Origin: a phage
Direction: 5' to 3' (one strand)
Sequence record: PZ445511.1
DNA: 64,000 nt
Shown: positions 59,774 to 64,000 of the stretch, in pieces
Layout: each line of letters begins with the position of its first letter
How positions within the stretch are numbered: position 1 is the first letter of the stretch
The notes under the pieces: model-generated
Told to the model about the DNA's origin: nothing
Database searches by the model: none
What the model saw: the letters and a program-made list of their open reading frames with translations, nothing else
Program-made: the position numbers and the translations under genes

Positions 59774-60289
59774 ATGGCTAAGCAGAAAAACGCAAAAACT
59801 CAGGCAGCTCCGGCAGTTAAAACTTTCGCTCAGACCGAAGCCAATCGTAAGGCTCGTCTGGAACGTCATCTGCGTGAGCATCCTACTGATGCTCAGGCTC
59901 AGACTGCCCTGAAGTCTGCGGCTCCGGTTCGCCAGAAGCCGAAGGCCAAGAACTCTACTCGCGCAACTGCTAAGCAGGTTGTGTTCATCAAGGGTGAAGG
60001 TCATAAGTCTGTACCTGTAACTCTGAGCTTTAATGGCGGTGCTGAGATGTTCGCCCGCAACGGTATGGCTCTGAAAGACTACGAAAAAGCAGTCAATCAG
60101 AAGCGTAAGCCAATGGCTGACGTAATGCGTGAATCCCGTGGACAGTTTGGCTCCGTTAAACCGAATATTTTCGGTGTAGAGTATAGCCGTGACAACGTTC
60201 GCGCTCTGTGCTACGGTATAGGTATTAAGTTTACTGGTGCTTCTGATCGTAAATCCGCTAAACCTACTCGTAAGCGTAAAGCGAAGTAA
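59774..60289 (+). CDS. Basic, probably abundant hypothetical protein (possible nucleic-acid binding)
   Basis: 171 aa, Lys/Arg-rich, strong high-expression codon bias (CGT, CTG, GCT), flanked by GNRA-tetraloop hairpins. Confidence 0.5.
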   Translation: MAKQKNAKTQAAPAVKTFAQTEANRKARLERHLREHPTDAQAQTALKSAAPVRQKPKAKNSTRATAKQVVFIKGEGHKSVPVTLSFNGGAEMFARNGMALKDYEKAVNQKRKPMADVMRESRGQFGSVKPNIFGVEYSRDNVRALCYGIGIKFTGASDRKSAKPTRKRKAK

Positions 60290-60350
60290 TGATTGATGGG
60301 GCGAAAGCCCCATATACTAACTCTTTCTCTGACTAATCAAGGATATTTTT

Positions 60351-60566
60351 ATGTTCTCTAAGAAACCACGTTCCGTTACTGAAATCGTTGCTTCCTTTAC
60401 CACTATTACTGATGAACTTCAAGCTCGTATTGAAGCTGACCAGAAAACTGCTGCTGATATTCAGAAACAGCAGGAAGAACTCGCTCTGAAACTGGCTGAA
60501 ACCAATAAGAGTGAAAAATCTGCTCAAACTATTAAGGAAAATATCCTTAAACTGCTGGGCAAGTAA
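60351..60566 (+). CDS. Hypothetical protein
   Basis: 71-aa helical ORF, AAGGA RBS. Confidence 0.4.
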   Translation: MFSKKPRSVTEIVASFTTITDELQARIEADQKTAADIQKQQEELALKLAETNKSEKSAQTIKENILKLLGK

Positions 60567-60607
60567 TTTAAATCAGGGGGCGAAAGCCCCTCTTATTTGG
60601 AGAAACT

Positions 60608-60820
60608 ATGCGTAACTTCGTTGCAAAGAATGATTTTAACCGTGCTAGCACTCACAAGTCTGCTAGAGACTACACTCGTCTTTCTAAACATGAGCTTCTA
60701 GAAGAAATCATGGAAGAAAACTGGGATGTTAGTGAAAATGGAACAGACCTGTTTGAAGAAGAGGAACTTCCTCTGAAAGACCCCAAACAGTGGGAGTCTA
60801 TTAAAGAGACAGCTCTTTAA
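60608..60820 (+). CDS. Hypothetical protein
   Basis: 70-aa acidic ORF. Confidence 0.4.
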   Translation: MRNFVAKNDFNRASTHKSARDYTRLSKHELLEEIMEENWDVSENGTDLFEEEELPLKDPKQWESIKETAL

Positions 60821-60850
60821 TAGTTTTCTACAACAATAAAGGACATAATT

Positions 60851-61552
60851 ATGAAATTCAAGCCCTTTGGTATGCTGGACATTGAATCTCTAGGTACTCC
60901 AGGAAATTGCGGTACTACTCATATTGCAATGCCTTCTTTCGCTTTTGTAGCGATGCACGGAATTGATAAAGATCCTGATCTGGTATTCGTTACTCTAGAC
61001 GTTCAAGATCAGCTTAATGCGGGTGCTAAGGTAACTGCCTCTACTATTGCATTCTGGATGGATCAAGCTAAAAACAGTCCATCTGCGCTCCATATTATGG
61101 AGGCTCTAAATGGTCGTAATCCTAAACTGATTGCCTTCCGTGATGGTAAGCATCACTGCACTAATGACGTAGGCTCTAATTATGCTGCCTTCTCTATGGC
61201 TCAGAACATTATGGAATTGTCTCTAGGAGATAATGCTCTGTATTATGGCAATGGCCCAGAGTTTGATATGACAATCTACTCTGCAAATACGTTCCATGCC
61301 GGAACCCATGAAGAAATAGTTCCGTGGAAATTCTGGAACTTAGGTAACGTTCGATCTTTCCGTAATCAGTGGATGCAAGCTGGTTATAGCTATAAAGATC
61401 TAGAAGCCGAAGGTGCTAGCTGGGCAAAAGCTAAAATGGAAAAGATGGACACCATTCGTTATGGAATCTATCCTGTGAAGCATGATCCAGCATTCGATGC
61501 TTTAGTTGAAAGTTATTGTGTAGCCGTCATGATCGAAAAAATCAAAATTTGA
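60851..61552 (+). CDS. Putative DEDDh-family 3'-5' exonuclease
   Basis: Candidate Exo I (LDIESLG), Exo II (NGPEFD) and Exo III (HDPAFDAL) motifs. Confidence 0.45.
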   Translation: MKFKPFGMLDIESLGTPGNCGTTHIAMPSFAFVAMHGIDKDPDLVFVTLDVQDQLNAGAKVTASTIAFWMDQAKNSPSALHIMEALNGRNPKLIAFRDGKHHCTNDVGSNYAAFSMAQNIMELSLGDNALYYGNGPEFDMTIYSANTFHAGTHEEIVPWKFWNLGNVRSFRNQWMQAGYSYKDLEAEGASWAKAKMEKMDTIRYGIYPVKHDPAFDALVESYCVAVMIEKIKI

Positions 61553-61622
61553 TTTGCTTTCAGCTCCAAAATTCTGTATAATATATTCATAAATTTGAGA
61601 GAACAACAAAAGGAAAATAATT

Positions 61623-61805
61623 ATGCCAGTATCTAAAAACGTCCGTAAAAATGGTAAAGTAGCAAAACGTAACCTGGGTCTGCGTCGTATGGCTGAGCGT
61701 CAGTCCGGCATCCAGAAAATCTTTAATGTGCTGAATCGCGCCAACCCGAATATTGATAACAGTTCTGATACTGTTCTGCGCACTCTGCTAGCAATCGGTC
61801 TGTAA
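61623..61805 (+). CDS. Small basic hypothetical protein
   Basis: 60-aa ORF, high-expression codon usage. Confidence 0.35.
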   Translation: MPVSKNVRKNGKVAKRNLGLRRMAERQSGIQKIFNVLNRANPNIDNSSDTVLRTLLAIGL

Positions 61806-61858
61806 TAGACCATTTTTAAAACAAATTCAAATCTCAAACTTCATATAAGGAAGAAATA

Positions 61859-62497
61859 ATGACTACTCGTATCTCTAAAACTCGTGCTCTGGCAACTATC
61901 AAGTCTCTAGAAGCTAAAATCCGTAAAGCTACTGAACAACAGCTTTTGATTGCTGTTGGTGAAGGTAAGGATAAGAACCAAGTTGTAGTTGGCGCTGCAA
62001 TCGAAGTAGATGCTCTGTCTACTCGTATTAAGACTGATTTCCAGTCTCTGTTGGATATGATGTCCCAGCGTGATCATCTGAAAGCAGCGCTGATCAAGAG
62101 CAATGCTGAAACTGTTGTAGAGATCGGTTCCCGATCTATGACTGTTGCGGAAGCAATCGAAGCTAAGCGTTCTATGGAACTCAAAGCTCAGTTGCTGGCT
62201 AACATGCGTAAGCAGTTCCATGCTGCTACTGTTAAGTTTAACACTCAGAAGGCTCAGTTTGATAACAAGTATGAGCGTTTGCAGGATACCATGGCTACCC
62301 GCGACAAGAAGACTTCTGAGGATGAAGTTAAGATGCAGCTTAACCTGCTGGAACTCAAGAACACTCCGTTCCTGATCGATCCGCTGGAGCTGGAAAAGCT
62401 GATCAAGCAACACGACGAAGAATACCAGGATTTTGCAACCAACGTTGACTTTGTTCTGTCTGAGTCCAACGCCTCTACTTTTATCGAAGTAGAGTAA
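61859..62497 (+). CDS. Hypothetical protein
   Basis: 212-aa helical ORF, high-expression codon usage. Confidence 0.45.
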   Translation: MTTRISKTRALATIKSLEAKIRKATEQQLLIAVGEGKDKNQVVVGAAIEVDALSTRIKTDFQSLLDMMSQRDHLKAALIKSNAETVVEIGSRSMTVAEAIEAKRSMELKAQLLANMRKQFHAATVKFNTQKAQFDNKYERLQDTMATRDKKTSEDEVKMQLNLLELKNTPFLIDPLELEKLIKQHDEEYQDFATNVDFVLSESNASTFIEVE

Positions 62498-62946
62498 TGA
62501 TTTAAAAGACTAGTAAATCGGTAGACGAAAGCCCAAGCATCTTACCTCGCAGCAGCGGTTGAAATACGAGGTTAAATAAGACCGCTGACCATACTATAAA
62601 GTATAATCTATTGGAGATTATCTTAATTTATTTTTCGGCAGATGTTGCATCTGTCAAAATAAAACAAGACGTCGTTGGTAGTACCAACACAACTTCAAAG
62701 ATCAACGCTCAAGTATGAAAGCTGAAAAGTTAAAAGCACTCAAACTTCTAACCTTCTAAAGCTAAAAGATGCAAAGTATTCGTTGATGATTCAAACCCTA
62801 GATCAAAGGTACATGGCTCATAAGATATGGCCTGTGGCGCCTCTAGGCTGTTTATCGGTTTACTAGTTTCACAATTTAAAAATGTATTTGCTAATTAGTT
62901 TAGTTTTCTGTATAATATATTTTTAAATTGATGAGACGAGGCTATT

Positions 62947-63210
62947 ATGATTTTTCATATTCTTATTGATGATGTGCGTAACCTTCATGGAATGGACATT
63001 ATAATTCGAACCCCCGAAGCCGCTGTTGAGTTTCTGAATAAAACCGATACCACAGGTCATTTCGTTTATATGGATAACGATCTGGCTGTAGATGATATGG
63101 AAGGTTATCAAATTCTTCGTTTACTCCTAGAATTTGGTCAGAGACCCAAGAAAGTGGTACTAGTAACCTCGAACCCTTCGTCTAAGAGACCATGCGTAAT
63201 GATCTCTTAG
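62947..63210 (+). CDS. Hypothetical protein
   Basis: 87-aa ORF after an early promoter. Confidence 0.4.
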   Translation: MIFHILIDDVRNLHGMDIIIRTPEAAVEFLNKTDTTGHFVYMDNDLAVDDMEGYQILRLLLEFGQRPKKVVLVTSNPSSKRPCVMIS

Positions 63211-63268
63211 ACGAAGGGTATCAAGAAAGCCCTAATCGTATTGAGTACGATTGGCCGGAGTAAATAAA

Positions 63269-63718
63269 ATGAAGGCAGCTTTGCTTTTAATAGCTGCCCT
63301 AACCTATAGCTTCAATAGTCATGCTACCTACGACGCTAAACAGATTGATTGCATTGCAAAAAATGTCTATTTTGAGAGCCGAGGTGAGGGCACGAAGGGA
63401 ATGGTTGCAGTTGCACAGGTCACCAAAAACCGTGTTAACTCTGGTACATTCCCGGATTCTTACTGTAAAGTAGTATATCAGTCTAACCAGTTCTCTTGGG
63501 TATCTAAGAGACCAAAAGTTGATAAAACCGATGCGGCTTGGCAAACTGCTAAGAATGTAGCTAGAGTGATATACTACGTTGATTTACCCCATGATCCAAC
63601 ATATGGAGCGTTATACTTCCATAGTGGTAAAGAAAAGCCGTACTGGACGAAAACGTTCAAGAAAACAACTAAAATTCAAGGCCACACGTTCTATAAGCCT
63701 GTGACTAAGAAAATTTAA
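63269..63718 (+). CDS. Secreted cell-wall hydrolase, SleB / Hydrolase_2 family
   Basis: N-terminal signal peptide (MKAALLLIAALTYSFNSHA), then NVYFESRGE...AVAQVTKNRV...QFSW...YFH family pattern; start placed at ATG 63269 after GGAG. Confidence 0.55.
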   Translation: MKAALLLIAALTYSFNSHATYDAKQIDCIAKNVYFESRGEGTKGMVAVAQVTKNRVNSGTFPDSYCKVVYQSNQFSWVSKRPKVDKTDAAWQTAKNVARVIYYVDLPHDPTYGALYFHSGKEKPYWTKTFKKTTKIQGHTFYKPVTKKI

Positions 63719-63766
63719 AAATTCAATTGCTTTAAGCCTTAAAATTCTGTATAATAACTGTATAAA

Positions 63767-63958
63767 TTGATGAGAGGAAAGCGAACAATGAAAACCTTAG
63801 TAATTATTGGTGTTAATACTCATGGTATTCGTACTACGAAAACAGTTAAAACTACTAACATTGCTGAAATTACTACAAATCCTAAGAAGTTTGATTTCGC
63901 CAAAGTCTCAGCAGTTATGACAGAACAATCTTTTAACCAAGCACTGGGAATTAAATAA
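63767..63958 (+). CDS. Hypothetical protein
   Basis: 63-aa ORF after an early promoter. Confidence 0.35.
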   Translation: MMRGKRTMKTLVIIGVNTHGIRTTKTVKTTNIAEITTNPKKFDFAKVSAVMTEQSFNQALGIK

Positions 63959-64000
63959 TGGAAGAGAATATTCTAGATGTTTTGCGTAGGGCTTTGCAGG

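Noticed and set aside
59741-60313. 190-aa - strand ORF
   Set aside because: Antisense to the strongly codon-biased 171-aa basic protein gene, which has a promoter and RBS on the + strand.
1-64000. Temperate or lysogeny functions (integrase, repressor, attachment site)
   Set aside because: No tyrosine or serine recombinase motifs or CI-like repressor were found; the content is consistent with a strictly lytic T5-like phage.

Overview
This window reads as a contiguous piece of a strictly lytic T5-like siphovirus (Tequintavirus-type) genome, identified from gene order and protein motifs only; no database search was possible. It has three modules. (1) 1-22.7 kb, + strand: the late morphogenesis module, running terminase large subunit, HNH endonuclease, portal, Ig-like decoration protein, prohead protease, major capsid protein, head completion and tail terminator proteins, tail tube, chaperones, a 1226-aa tape measure protein, distal tail protein, baseplate hub, pb4-like straight fibre protein, collar and a 755-aa L-shaped tail fibre. 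(2) 23.8-50.9 kb, - strand: the early replication module, running dUTPase, flap endonuclease, PD-(D/E)XK nuclease, SbcCD-like pair, helicases, DNA polymerase, primase, a two-ORF NAD-dependent ligase, a PC4-like protein, an accessory cluster (tandem paralogs, frameshifted HAD-like gene, Sir2-like protein) and anaerobic ribonucleotide reductase NrdD. (3) 51.3-64 kb, + strand: nucleotide metabolism (PhoH, NrdA, NrdB, DHFR, ThyA, RNase H) plus small early genes, a DEDDh exonuclease and a secreted SleB-like hydrolase. Near-consensus sigma70 early promoters and tetraloop terminators punctuate the early regions. No tRNA, CRISPR array, integrase or repressor was recognised. The most unusual loci are a GC-rich glycine-rich ORF interrupted by an in-frame amber codon between the tail fibre and dut genes (22.8-23.35 kb), the 45.8-48.3 kb accessory cluster, and a roughly 350-nt untranslated region upstream of the D2-like helicase.
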